Below, in pieces: positions 49,371 through 61,469 of a DNA stretch of 64,000 bases. Below the pieces are notes generated by a model. It searched no databases. It was not told where the DNA came from and saw only the letters and a program-made list of their open reading frames with translations. Source of the stretch: Mobula hypostoma (lineage: Eukaryota); contig NC_086108.1 of the NCBI RefSeq assembly GCF_963921235.1, forward strand, positions 35,094,001 through 35,158,000, in the 5' to 3' direction. Every line of letters begins with the position of its first letter. Position 1 is the stretch's first letter. A program made the translations under genes and the position numbers.

Positions 49371-50089
49371 TGAGGAAAGCAAATGCCATGTTAGCATTTA
49401 TTTCAGGAGGTCTAGAATACAAGAGCAAAGATGTGATGCTGAGGCTTTATAAGGCACTGGTGAGGCCTCACCTTGAGTATTGTGAACAGTTTTGGGATCC
49501 TTATCTTAGAAAAAATGTGCTGGCATTGGAGAGAGTCCAGAAGAGGTTCACAAGGATGATTCCAAGAATGAAAGGGCTATCATACGAGGAACATTTGATG
49601 GCTCTGGGTCTGTACTCACTGGAATTCAGAAGGATGAGGAGGGATCTCATTGAGACTTTTCGAATGTTGAAAGGCCTAGACAGAGTAGATGTGGAAAGGA
49701 TGTATCCCATGGTTGGAGAGTCTAGGACAAGGGGGCACAGCCTCAGGATAGATGGCCGCCCTTTCAAAACAGAGATGAAGAGAAATTTCTTTAGGCAAAG
49801 GGTGGTGAATTTGTGGAATTTGTTGCCACATGTAACTGTGGAGGCCAGGTCGTTGGGTGTATTTAAGGCAGAGATTGATAGGTTCTTGACTGGACATGGC
49901 ATCAAAGGTTACAAGGAGAAGGGCGGGAACTGGGGTTGAGGAGGAGATAGACAAAAGGATCAGCCATGATTGAATGGCGGAGCAGACTTGATGGGCCAGA
50001 TGGCCTAATTCTGTTCCTATGCCTTATGGTCTTATGATCTAACATCTGTAACATCTAACACCAGTATATATGTACATTAAATAGCTAAA

Positions 50090-50345
50090 TTAAAAATAGT
50101 CCAAAATCAGAAATAATAAAAGTGCAGTGGTGTTCGTGAGTTTAATGTCCATTTAGGAATTAGATTGCAGAGGAGAAGAAGCTGTTCCTGAATTTCTGAG
50201 TGGTGCCTTCAGGCTTCTGTACCACCTTCCTGATGGTAACAATGAGAAGAGGGCATGTCCTGGGTGATGGGGATTTTTAATAATGGATGCCACCTTTCTG
50301 AGGCACTGCTCCTTGAGGATGTCTTGGATACTACGGAAACCTGAA
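50090..50345 (-). mobile_element. Rex1/Babar 3' fragment
   Basis: QCLRKVASIIKNPHHPGHALFSLLPSGRWYRSLK. Confidence 0.85.
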
Positions 50346-51620
50346 CTGAAGACCTGGCCATGAACTCCAGAAGCGGATGGCATCTTATTGAAGGAGCTGT
50401 GCACACTTCCATAGAAGTCCACAGTCTGGGCTCTGAAAAATCTCTGCTCTGTTCTTTGCAAGAATATTTGGCAGTTTCTGGGGTGGAGATGGCTGTACCA
50501 TAGATGTTTTTCTATAATGCAGCCTGGTGTGTGTGGCATTGTATGAAACGTCCACCGAAACAGTTCATAGCAAAGGATTTTTGTGATCAGAGGCCTACAT
50601 TGATGACTCTTAGGGCAATGCCAGATGGTATTTGTATGCAGTTTTACATTTGCACTTTTAAAATTGTGTTAATGTGCAACAAAGTAATTCTACCCACATC
50701 AATAGCTGCCACAAAGTGCATGGGAAAGGGAAGAAAATGGAGTTCAGCAGCATTAAACTCTACAGCTCAGATCTTGACAACTGTAGAAAGAGCAATTAAG
50801 TCCTGAATATATGGGAGATAAACTGTTCTTGCTTAATAACTGTTTTTGAACAGGTTGATTCTGCAGGATCCCTCAAAAATATTTAATCTGGATACTAAAT
50901 TATTCAACCATACCAAGATGATCAAGTGTTAGTTAATAACGACAGGAAATGCAATGATTTTTACCTCTTACAGCGTACTAAGATTCTGAATGTAGAGGGA
51001 TTGCATAGAGAGGTCAATAAAATCTTCAAAGCTGAAGAAAACTTGGTTTGGAAGATGGTTACAAGTTATGGCCAAAAGCAGTTCAAACTCCATAACATGG
51101 TCACAAAATACTGGAAAACAGAACCAACTTAAGAAAGGGGAGTTTAGACCTTTTGAGCGATCCACATGCTCTTTGTCCAAATATGGTATTAGAAATTTTT
51201 TTTATGGAGTTTGAACCTTGATTAAATAATGTTCCCTCCACAGATAAATTTGCTAAATGTGCCAAAGATATCATGGAATGTTTCAGTGCAGGGAAAGTTA
51301 TTTGCCTCTCAAAGTGTTCTACTGTTTATTCTCTCATTAGTCACATATTCTAATCCCACCTGCATACTATTACCACTTGCCCTTAATCAAGCAATTTCTT
51401 AATTTTCCTCTATATGAATTTCTGATTTCTGCTTTTAAACACAGAATTAGAGGCAAACATGGAGCAAGCACATTCAAACAATTATTTTAACTGAAGTAAA
51501 CTCTAAGTGATCTGGATTGGAGAGGAGAAGTGGATAGTTGAGTTACAAACATGAAATTTACTCTCTGCAGTTCTCCAAACAAGAAATCAGTGGAGAAGGT
51601 TGAATTGGTTAGGCTATGTA

Positions 51621-52575
51621 TGTCATACGGAGGTGGCTGGGAACGGACCCAAGTGCAAGACACAGACACTGAAGGACTAGGAACAGGACTCGGATACAGG
51701 GTGAGAGCAAGGACATGGACACGAAAACGGGGAACCTGGAACAGGACTGGTCAAGAGAGCTAGGAGCCCGGGCTTGGACTCTGAGCCAGAGACTGGACAA
51801 GGACCCAGTACCTGGGTCTTGCCTCTGGCTCTGACCCCAGAACTAGGCAAGGACGAGGCTTGGCAGACAGGCAGGATAAGGCTGGAGTCTTCAGGCTTGA
51901 GGCTAGAGGTGAGGCTTGGCAGGAGGCAGGAGGCTGGAGTTTTCAGGCTTGAGGCTAGAGGCTAGAGACGAGGCTTGGCAGGAGACAGGAGGCTGGGGTC
52001 TTCAGGCTCAAGGCTAGAGGCTAGAGACTTGAGGCGAGGCTTGGCAGGAGGCTGGAGTCTTCAGGCTTGAGGATAGGCAGGAGGCTGGAGTCTTCAGGCT
52101 TGAGGATAGGCAGGCTCCTCCTGGGCAGGGCACGGATCACCACCCGACGGAGGCATGGGACAGGAAGGGAGCTAGGAACGGGGTAGCTCCAGGACAAGAC
52201 AACAAGACAAGGCAAGGCTTCAGGCAATGCAAGGCAAGACAGAACTTCAGGCAAGGCGAGAGTTACCGGCAAGACAAGGCAGGGCTTCAGGCATTGCAAG
52301 GCGAAACGAGAACTTCAGGCGAGGCGAGAGTTACCGGCATGGCCTCAGGCGAGGAAACAGAAGCAGAGGAAGGGATACAGGGAGTAAGGACAAGAACAAT
52401 CCAGCAGCCACGCCCTGGTCTCTGAAGGTATTTATGCAGCCAGTCCCAACAAGCATCAGCTGCCTCAATTAGAGCTCAACAAGAACAGAAACAGGGTAGA
52501 CAGGAAAACCTGGAGCAAGGGTCGATGGACTGGACCGTGAACCGGAATACAGACTTCATGGGCCAGACCATGACA
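51621..52575 (-). mobile_element. Solo LTR with internal tandem repeats
   Basis: TGTCAT...ATGACA termini; 5-bp TSD ATGTA at 51616-51620 and 52576-52580; TATA-like cataaata on the minus strand near 52430. Confidence 0.88.
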
Positions 52576-52834
52576 ATGTACTTGGAAATCAAGCAATTTC
52601 TATAGAGGAATCCATTACTTGTGGAAAGTGGTGTGAAATTGAATGGAACCATTTTTACAAACAAAACTCTAAAGCTCCTAACCCTAAACTTGTCCCTGGT
52701 TCCATTTTTGCTTGAGGCTCAAGACATGACAGTTATGTTCTAAAGGCACTCAGCTACTCCCTAAACTAGTTTACATGTCCCTTCATCCCACAGAAGTCAT
52801 CTTGGCAAAGTTCAATCCTAATTTGCCAATATCG

Positions 52835-53710
52835 CTAACGTAGCGGAGATGTTACAGAAGTAAGGAGGTAGAGAAGCTACAGAAGGATTTAAACAGATTA
52901 AGGGAATGGCCAAATAAATGGCAGATGGAATATAGTGTTGGAAAGTATATGGTCATGCTCTTCATGCACTTTGGTAGAAGAAATGAAAGGGAAGACTATT
53001 TTCTAAATGGAAAGAAAATTATAAAATCTGAGGCGCAAAGGAACTTGGGAGTCCTTGAGTAGGATTCCCTAAACATGCACTTGCAGGTTGAGTCTGTGGT
53101 GAGGAAGGCAAATGTGATGTTAGCTTTCATTTAAAGAGGACTAGAATATAATAGCAATGCTGAGGATTTATGAAGCACCGGTGAGGCTTCACTTAGAGTA
53201 TTCTGAACAGTTTTAAGCCCCTTATTTTAGAAAGGATGTGCTGACATTGGAGAGGTTTCAAAGAGGTTTGCAAAAATGATTCCAGGATTGAAAGGCTTGG
53301 CATATCAAGAGCATTTAGTGGCTCTTGGCCTGTATTCACTAGAATTCAGGTGACTGAGGGGTGACCTGTGGATACAGAGAAGATGATTCCTATAATGGGA
53401 GAGTCTAAACCAGAGGACACAGCCTCAGAATAGAGGTGTGTCCTTTTAGAAATGAGATGAGGAGGAATTTCTTTAGCCAGAGAACAGTGAATCTATGGAA
53501 TTTGTTGTTACAGGCCACCGTGGAGGCCATCTTTATGTATATTTAAGACAGAGGATAGATCCTTGATTGGTCAGGGCATAAAGGGATGCGGGGAGAAGAC
53601 AAGAGATTGGGGCTGAGAAGAAAAGTGGATCAGCCATGATGAAATGCCAGTGAAGGCTCGATGGGCCAAATGGCCTAATCTGCTCCTATATCTTATGGTC
53701 TTATGGTAGT
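52835..53710 (+). mobile_element. Old CR1 3' fragment
   Basis: tggcagatggaatatagt (WQMEY), aggaatttctttagccagag; tail tcttatggtcttatgg. Confidence 0.85.
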
Positions 53711-54562
53711 GGAATTGTCAACTTGCCTCCAGAGTGTGGGTTGGTTACCTGACCTTTTCTCTTGCCTCTAACTTGGGAAGGAAGCAGGCTAGAACTGGAA
53801 GGAGGTTTGAAATTTAGAGAATGTTGACATTTTGCCCAACCCCAATGACCAGAGACTACAGTTTAAAATTTGTGTCCAAACCTGAATGACATGAGATTCA
53901 AACTATTATACTGTCATTTCCTTTGTCCTTCAAATCACTCTTAAAAACTTTCCTGAGTTCCTTCTCTTCCTGACCTATTTGTGTAAGTTGTTTTTTTGTA
54001 ATTCCAAAATATGACTTCATTGAAATAACAGCCAGGATTCAACCAGGGAAGGATATTTATTAAAGTCAAAGAGTGGTTGGCCAATCAAATTAGTAGTGCC
54101 TCGAACAGTAATAGGTCTGGGCATTGATCTATTATTGGATTCAGGGGTGCAGACAATAATTCTTGGTGAGGGTCTGCACCATGAAGATTCAGTCATTTGA
54201 TGTCTTTGCGAAGAATTGCCCATCCCAATGACACAAAAGTTACTGTTTACCTAACATTCCTATATAAACCTAAACCAATTCTTTGTGCCTGAAGGTCTCT
54301 GCTGGTCAAATATTCAGCCCAACACTTGTGCTCTGTACTGAGAAAACACATCTCAGTACAGCTTAGATTTTCCAAAGATGTTCAAGAGTAGATTAAGCCA
54401 AAGGCACAACAATGGCAGAGGCAGAGAGAATTAGACAATCATAACAAGAGAAATACAGGAAGCAGCCACACATAGCCACATGGTACTGACTAGGCAATCT
54501 GAATTAATAACGGTGGTACAGACTGTAGTGAAGTGGGATTCACAAGGCCCACACATGCTTAT

Positions 54563-57043
54563 CTTTAATCTATATATAGATTGGGTGAACCAAATTGGTA
54601 AGGGTGCTGAGGAAGAGAATTTTTTGGAATGTGTGTGGGATGGGTTTTTGTACCAACATGTCGAGAAACCAACTAGAGAGCAGGCCATTCTAGACTGGGT
54701 ATTGGGCAATGAGGAAGGGTTAGTTAGCAATCTTGTTGTGCGAGGCCCCTTGGGTAAGAGTGACCATAATATGGTGGAATTCTTCATTAAGATGGAGAGT
54801 GACATAGTTAATTCAGAAACAAAGGTTCTGAACTTAAAGAGGGGTAACTTTGAAGGTACGAGACATGAATTAGCTAAGATAGACTGGCAAATGACACTTA
54901 AAGGGTTGACGGTGGATATGCAATGGCAAGCATTTAAAGATTGCATGGATGAACTACAATTGTTCATCCCAGTTTGGCAAAAGAATAAACCAGGGAAGGT
55001 AGTGCACCCGTGGCTGACAAGGGAAATTAGGGATAGTATCAATTCCAAAGAAGAAACATACAAATTAGCCAGAAAAAGTGGCTCACCTGAGGACTGGGAG
55101 AAATTCAGAGTCCAGCAGAGGAGGACAAAGGGCTTAATTAGGAAAGGGAAAAAAGATTATGAGAGAAAACTGGCAGGGAACATAAAAACTGACTGTAAAA
55201 GCTCTTATAGATATGTGAAAAGAAAAAGATTGGTAAAGACAAATGTAGGTCCCTTACAGTCTGAAACAGATGAATTGATCATGGGGAACAAGGACATGGC
55301 AGATCAATTGAATAACTACTTTGGTTCTGCCTTCACTAAAAAGGACATAAATAATCTTCCGGAAATAGTAGAGGACCGAGGGTCTAGTGAGATGGAGGAA
55401 CTGAGGGAAATACATGTTAGTAGAGAAGTGGTGTTAGGTAAATTGAAGGGATTAAAGGCAGATAAATCCCCAGGGCCAGATGGTCTGCATCCCAGAGTGC
55501 TTAAGGAAGTAGCCCAAGAAATAGTGGATGCATTAGTGATAATTTTTCAAAACTTTTTTGATTTTGGATTAGTTCTTGAGGATTGGAGGGTGGCTAATGT
55601 AACCCCGCTTTTTAAAAAAGGAGGGAGAATGAAGCCAGGGAATTGTAGACCGGTTAGCCTGACATCAGTGGTGGGGAAAATGATAGAGTCAGTTATCAAA
55701 GATGTGATAACAGCACATTTGGAAAGCGGTGAAATCATCGGACAAAGTCAGCATGGTTTTGTGAAAGGAAGATCATATCTGACGAATCTCATAGAACTTT
55801 TTGAGGATGTAACTAGTAGAGTGGATAGGGGAGAACCAGTGGATGTGGTATATTTGGATTTTCAAAAGGCTTTTGACAAGGTCCCACACAGGAGATTAGA
55901 GTGCAAACTTAAAGCACACGGTATTGGGGGTATGGTATTGATGTGGATAAGGAATTGGTTGGCAGACAGGAAGCAAAGAGTGGGGATAAACGGGACCTTT
56001 TCAGAATGGCAGGCAGTGACTAGTGGGGTACCGCAAGGCTCCGTGCTGGGACCCCAGCTGTTTACAATATATATTAATGACTTAGACGAGGGAATTAAAT
56101 GCAGCATCTCCAAGTTTGCGGATGACACGAAGCTGGGCGGCAGTGTTAGCTGTGAGGAGGATGCTAAGAGGATGCAGGGTGACTTGGATAGGTTAGGTGA
56201 GTGGGTAAATTCATGGCAGATGCAATTTAATGTGGATAAATGTGAGGTTATCCACTTTGGTGGCAAAAACAGGAAAACAGATTATTATCTGAATGGTGGC
56301 CGATTAGGAAAAGGGGAGGTGCAACGAGACCTGGGTGTCGTTGTACACCGGTCATTGAAAGTGGGCATATAGGTACAGCAGGTGGTGAAAAAGGCGAATG
56401 GTCTGTTGGCATTCATAGAAAGAGGATTCGAGTACAGGAGCAGGGAGGTTCTGCTGCAGTTATACAGGTGAGACCACACCTGGAGTATTGTGTGCAGTTT
56501 TGGTCCCCTAATCTGAGGAAAGACATTCTTGCCATAGAGGGAGTACAAAGAATGTTCACCAGAATGATTCCTGGGATGGCAAGACTTTCATATGATGAAA
56601 GACTGGATCGGCTAGGCTTATACTCATTGGAATTTGAAAATTGAGGGGGGATCTTATTGAAACGTATAAAATCCTAAAGGGATTGGACAGGCTAGATGCA
56701 GGAAGATTGTTCCCGATGTTGGGGAAGTCCAAAGCGAGGGGTCACAGTTTGAGGATAAAGGGGAAGCCTTTTAGGACCAAGATGAGGAAAAACTTCTTCA
56801 CACAGAGAGTGGTGAATCTGTGGAATTCTCTGCCACAGGAAACAGTTGAGGCCAGTTCATTGGCTATATTTAAGAGGGAGTTAGATAAGGCCCTTGTGGC
56901 TAAGAGGATCGGGGGTATGGAGAGAAGGCTGGTACAGGGTTCTGAGTTGGATGATCAGCCATTATTATACTGAATGGCGGTGCAGGCTCGAAGGGCCAAA
57001 TGGCCTACTCCTGCACCTATTTTCTATGTTTCTATGTTTCTAT
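54563..57043 (+). mobile_element. Young CR1 LINE ORF2 (end of endonuclease + RT), 5'-truncated
   Basis: ~600 open codons nearly identical to 25509-27197, premature stop at 56370-56372, later frameshifts, (TTTCTATG) tail. Confidence 0.96.
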
Positions 57044-57664
57044 ACTTGCTATCTCCCCTCTTTCTTTCCAGGAAGGATCTCGCTCTGCAACATCGACTGG
57101 CAATCACTCTCCACAGATGTTGCCTGACCCACTGAGTTGCTCCTGCACCTTTGTATATTCCTTACCTCCTGGTGTTTTGTCTGGCCTGATCCATTCAATT
57201 GAATGGGGACCCTGCGTGCAATATGACAGTGAAGATGAATGGTTTACTTTTTCTCTTTATATAGACAAACGTGGGGCTATTTTTCAAAACGTTATTGTTT
57301 GTAAAAAGAAACGAGAAATTCCAGGAAATGTTCGGCATTGGAGTTCCCTTTCCAGTGATTTCAGTCTGCCTCACCACCAAGCTCAATATTTTCAGGCAAC
57401 TGATTAATTCTGAAACACGTCTCAGCTTCTCAGAGCTGAGACATGCCTGCAGTCTGCTTATTTAACTCTTTCGGTGCCCCCTCTATTTATTTATTTTATC
57501 ACCTTGTGTAATTTCTATGTCTTGAACCATACTGCTGCTGCAAAACAACACATTTAATGACATACATCAGTGATAATTAACATTCTGTTTATGATTGGAA
57601 CCTTTTACCTATTTAATATTCATAGCCAATCTACAGCAATCTTTGCTATTTGATGTGCTTTGGT

Positions 57665-58020
57665 AACGGGGTGGAGATATGTCTCTACCAAAGGAGGTGT
57701 AAAGTGCTTCTTCCCTCCACTAGCCTGCAGGTTACCCTTGCCAACGTGTAGTGCCTGCTTAGCCCCCCGATCAGGGTCACATGAATCCATGAAAGCAGGT
57801 GGCGGATGGTCGTATGAGTAGCTGGTGCATATCACAAGTCCTGATTATGCGACCGCTGACACCAGGCAAATAATGGGTGGGGGTCGCCCGTCTTGTAAAG
57901 ACACTGTCCAGAAGAAGACAATGGCAAATCACTTCCGCAGAAAAATTTGCCAAGAACAATCACAGTCATGGAAAAACCATGGTCACCTACCTCATCATAC
58001 GACATGACACATAACGAGTG
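57665..58020 (+). mobile_element. Short non-autonomous RTE-derived repeat
   Basis: Homologous to 32376-32746 (tctctaccaaaggaggtgtaa...catacgacatg). Confidence 0.75.
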
Positions 58021-58087
58021 AATGAGAATTCTACATAACATTGGAAAATTAACTCAGTGAAATCAGTTGATCCACAGCACTAGTTTC

Positions 58088-58455
58088 AATAGACAATAGA
58101 CAATAGGTGCAGGAGTAGGCCATTCAGCCCTTCGAGCCAGTACCACCATTCACTGTGATCATGGCTGATCATCCACAATCAGTACCCCTTTCCTGCCTTC
58201 TCCCCATATCCCTTCACTCTGCTATCATTAAGACTTCTGTCTAACTCTTTCTTGAAAGAATCCAGAGAATTGGCCTCCATTGCCTTCTGAGGCAGAGCAT
58301 TCCACAGAACCACAACCCTCTGTGTGAAGAAGTTTTTCCTCAACTCCGTTCTAAATTATCTACCCCTTATTCTGAAACTGTGGCCTCTGGTTCTGGACTC
58401 CCCCAACATCGGGAACATGTTTCCTGCCTCTAGCATGTCCAATCCCTTAATAATC
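58088..58455 (-). mobile_element. CR1 3' fragment
   Basis: (CAATAGA) tail, ggtgcaggagtaggccattc, gtgaagaagtttttcct. Confidence 0.9.
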
Positions 58456-59278
58456 ATAAGGGATAATAGTAATAATAATAATCTTAATCTTAACACGGTT
58501 TCCTGCTGTGTTATGGTCTATTCCTCCAAACATTGGAAATATCAACTTAAGCCACAAGAAAAAATATTGGTACTACTCAGCAGCTGGAGATTCATGTCAT
58601 AGTCAGTCATAGAGAGATACAGTATTGAAAAAGGCCTTTGGTCCACCAAGATCATGTGGACCATCAACCACCCTTTACTTTACACTGATCATACCTGACT
58701 CATTTTATTTTCCCCACATTCCCATCAACTCAAGTCAAGTTGAGTTTGCTGTCATATGCAAAAGTGCAGTGAGCTATGGATACAATGAGAACTTGCTTGT
58801 AGCAGCGTTGCAGGCACATTAATTCCAACTGTGCACAGAGCATAATTATACATAAACTGTACAAGACTGTGAAGAAAAGCATTGTGCAAAACAAGACTTG
58901 AGTGCAAGAAATAACACACAGTCAGAGACAAGTCTGTGGTAGTCCAGGAGCTGGTCCATGGTGTTCCAATGAGGAGGTAGGGTTAGGGCTATGCAGATTG
59001 ATTCAGGAACCTGATGGTTATAGGAATGTGGCTGTTGTTGAACCTGGTAGTGTGGGGCATCAAGGTTCTGAAACTTCTGCCTGACAGCAGTGGAGTGGAG
59101 AGAGCATGTCCTGGGTGGTGGCTATCCCTGATAACAGATGCCACCTTCCTGAGGCTGTGCCTCCTGTAGATGCTCTAAATGGTTGGGGTTGGCGGGGGGT
59201 GCTGTGCCTATGATGAATCAGGCGGAACACACAACTCTCTACAGCCTTCTGCATTCCTGTGCTTTAGACTTGAAGTAA

Positions 59279-60758
59279 CATTGAGGTCATAAAATGGATT
59301 CAGCAGTGGCTGGATGGGAGACGCCAGAGAGTGGTGGTGGATAACTGTTTGTCAGATTGGAGGTCGGTGACTAGTGGTGTGTCTCAGGGATCTATATTGG
59401 GTCCAATGTTATTTGTCATATACATTAATGATCTGGATGATGGGGTGGTAAACTGGATGAGTAAGTATGCAGATGGTACTAAGATACGTGGAGTTGTGGA
59501 CAATGAAGTAGGTTTTCAAAGCTTGCAGAGAGATTTAGGCCAGTTAGAAGAGTGGTCTGAAAGATGGCAGATGGAGTTTACTGCTGATAAATGTGAGGTT
59601 TACATTTTGGTAGGACTAATCAAAATAGGACATACATGGTAAATGGTAGGGCATTGAAGAATGCAGTAGAGCAGAGGGATCTAGGAATAATGGTGCATAG
59701 TTCCCTGAAGGTGGAATCTCATGTGGCTAGGGTGGTGAAGAAAGCTTTTGGTACGCTGGCCTTTATAAATCAGAGCATTGAGTATAGGAGTTGGGATGTA
59801 ATGTTGAAATTGTACAAGGCATTGGTGAGGCTAAATTTGGAGTATTGTGTACAGTTTTGGTCACCGAATTATAGGAAAGATGTCAACAAAATATAGAGAG
59901 TACAGAGAAGATTTACTAGAATGTTACCTGGGATTCATCACCTAAGTTACAGAGAAAGGTTGAACAAGTTGGGTCTTTATTCTTTGGAACATAGAAGGTT
60001 GAGGGGGGACTTGATAGAGGTATTTAAAATTATGAGGGGGATATTTTATACTTTATACTTTATTGTCGCCAAACAATTGGTACTAGAATGTACAATCATC
60101 ACAGCGATATTTTATTCTGCGCTTCCCACTCCCTGGATTACAAATATTAAATGTTAAAAATACTAAAAATAGTTAAAATTAGTAAATATCAAAAAATTAA
60201 ATTATAAATTATAAATAGAAAATAGAAAAATGGAAAGTAAGGTAGTGCAAAAAAACCCGAGAGGCGGGTCCGGCTATTTGGAGGGTATGGCCCTGATCCG
60301 AGTCAGGATCCGTTCAGCAGTCTTATCACAGTTGGAAAGAAGCTGTTCCCAAATCTGGCCGTACGAGTCTTCAAGCTCCTGAGCCTTCTCCCGGAGGGAA
60401 GAAGATAGATAGAGTTGACGTGGATAGGCTTTTTCCATTGAGGGCGGGGGAGATTCAAACAAGAGGACATGAGTTGAGAGTTAAAGGGCAAAAGTTTAGG
60501 GGTAACTTGAGGGGGAACTTCTTTACTCAGAGAGTGGTAGCTGCGTGGAACGAGCTTCCAGCAGAAGTGGTAGAGGCAGGTTCGACTTTGTCATTTAAAG
60601 TTAAATTGGATAGATATATGAACAGGAAAGGAATGGAGGGTTATGAGGTGAGTGCAGGACGGTGTGACTAAGTGAGAGTAAGAGTTCGGCATGGACTAGA
60701 AGGGTCAAGATGGCCTGTTTCCGTGCTGTAATTGTTATATGGTTATTGTAATTGTTGT
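59279..60758 (+). mobile_element. CR1 LINE RT/3' fragment
   Basis: VTSGVSQGSILGP, LEYCVQFWSP, NFFTQRVV. Confidence 0.9.
60044..60403 (-). mobile_element. Rex1/Babar 3' fragment nested in CR1
   Basis: LPSGRRLRSLKTRTARFGNSFFPTVIRLLN; GATA duplication at 60040-60043 and 60404-60407; (TTTATAC) tail. Confidence 0.85.
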
Positions 60759-61469
60759 GACAGGCCATGGTGCAACCAATCAGCAGTGTATTTGTAGAAG
60801 TTTATTGTAGTATTTGGTAATGTGTTGAACTTCCCTACATTTATAAGAAAGTTCAGGTGCTGGCATGCTTCCTTTGTGATTACCACTCACATACGCACTA
60901 GTAGAAATTTACAGTGGGCAATTAACTTAAGTTTGGCATGTGGGTGGAAACCCATCCAGGCACGGAGGGAGGATGTGAAAACTCCACACAGACAGCCCCA
61001 GAGGGCAGGATGAAACCTGGGTTGTTGAAGCTGTACCGTGGAGAGGGAGCGCGACAGAAGCAGAGTTGATGTCTTGGGTTGGTGCCCCTGTATCAGAGCT
61101 GAGTATTTGAAAATAAAGCAAGTTATAAGTTGTAGAGAGAACAAAAAGGATGCCCTGTGACTGGCTGGAGATCAGGAGGGGCTGAATGACCGAAGTGGTA
61201 ATGGTGCCCACTGAGAGGAGGTAAAGAGATATCTGAAATCTAAAATACAGAGATGAGGGAAAGGAAGACATTGCTGCACGTAGGAGGTACGTTTTGGAAT
61301 TGCTGATCTTCTGAAATAATTAAGTTCAGATTAGAGACTTGATGGCTGTAGTATACCACGTCAGAAGATTAGGCAATCTCCTTGAACAAACTTGAGTTTT
61401 GTTGGAACTGTGCAGTAAGTTAAAGAGTGATAGGTCAGAGAGGAACAGAGAGCTGACTTGACAAGCTCG

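Larger units (their letters stand above)
44340..50037 (+). mobile_element. Long decayed CR1 LINE (ORF1 esterase part + ORF2), hosting three insertions
   Basis: ORF1 motifs, then YLNARSI, TESWL, YRPP, GDFN, NYRPVSLTS, FADD, RPHLEYC; tail ccttatggtcttatg. Confidence 0.9.
58731..60881 (-). mobile_element. Old Rex1 fragment split by CR1 (parts 58731-59278 and 60760-60881)
   Basis: caagtcaag tail; gcatgtcctgggtggtgg; caggccatggtgcaacc continuation. Confidence 0.65.
58598..61050 (-). mobile_element. V-SINE split by nested LINEs (parts 58598-58730 and 60882-61050)
   Basis: Tail ccccacattcccatcaactc continues into ...aatttacagtgg..ggaaaccc..aaactccacacagac, colinear with 490-793. Confidence 0.6.

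Noticed and set aside
51860..52350. CRISPR-like repeat array
   Set aside because: Degenerate tandem units without unique spacers, inside a eukaryotic LTR.
54480..56372. 630-aa ORF as a functional gene or retron-like RT
   Set aside because: It is a 5'-truncated CR1 ORF2 with a premature stop; the first ~28 codons come from flanking DNA.
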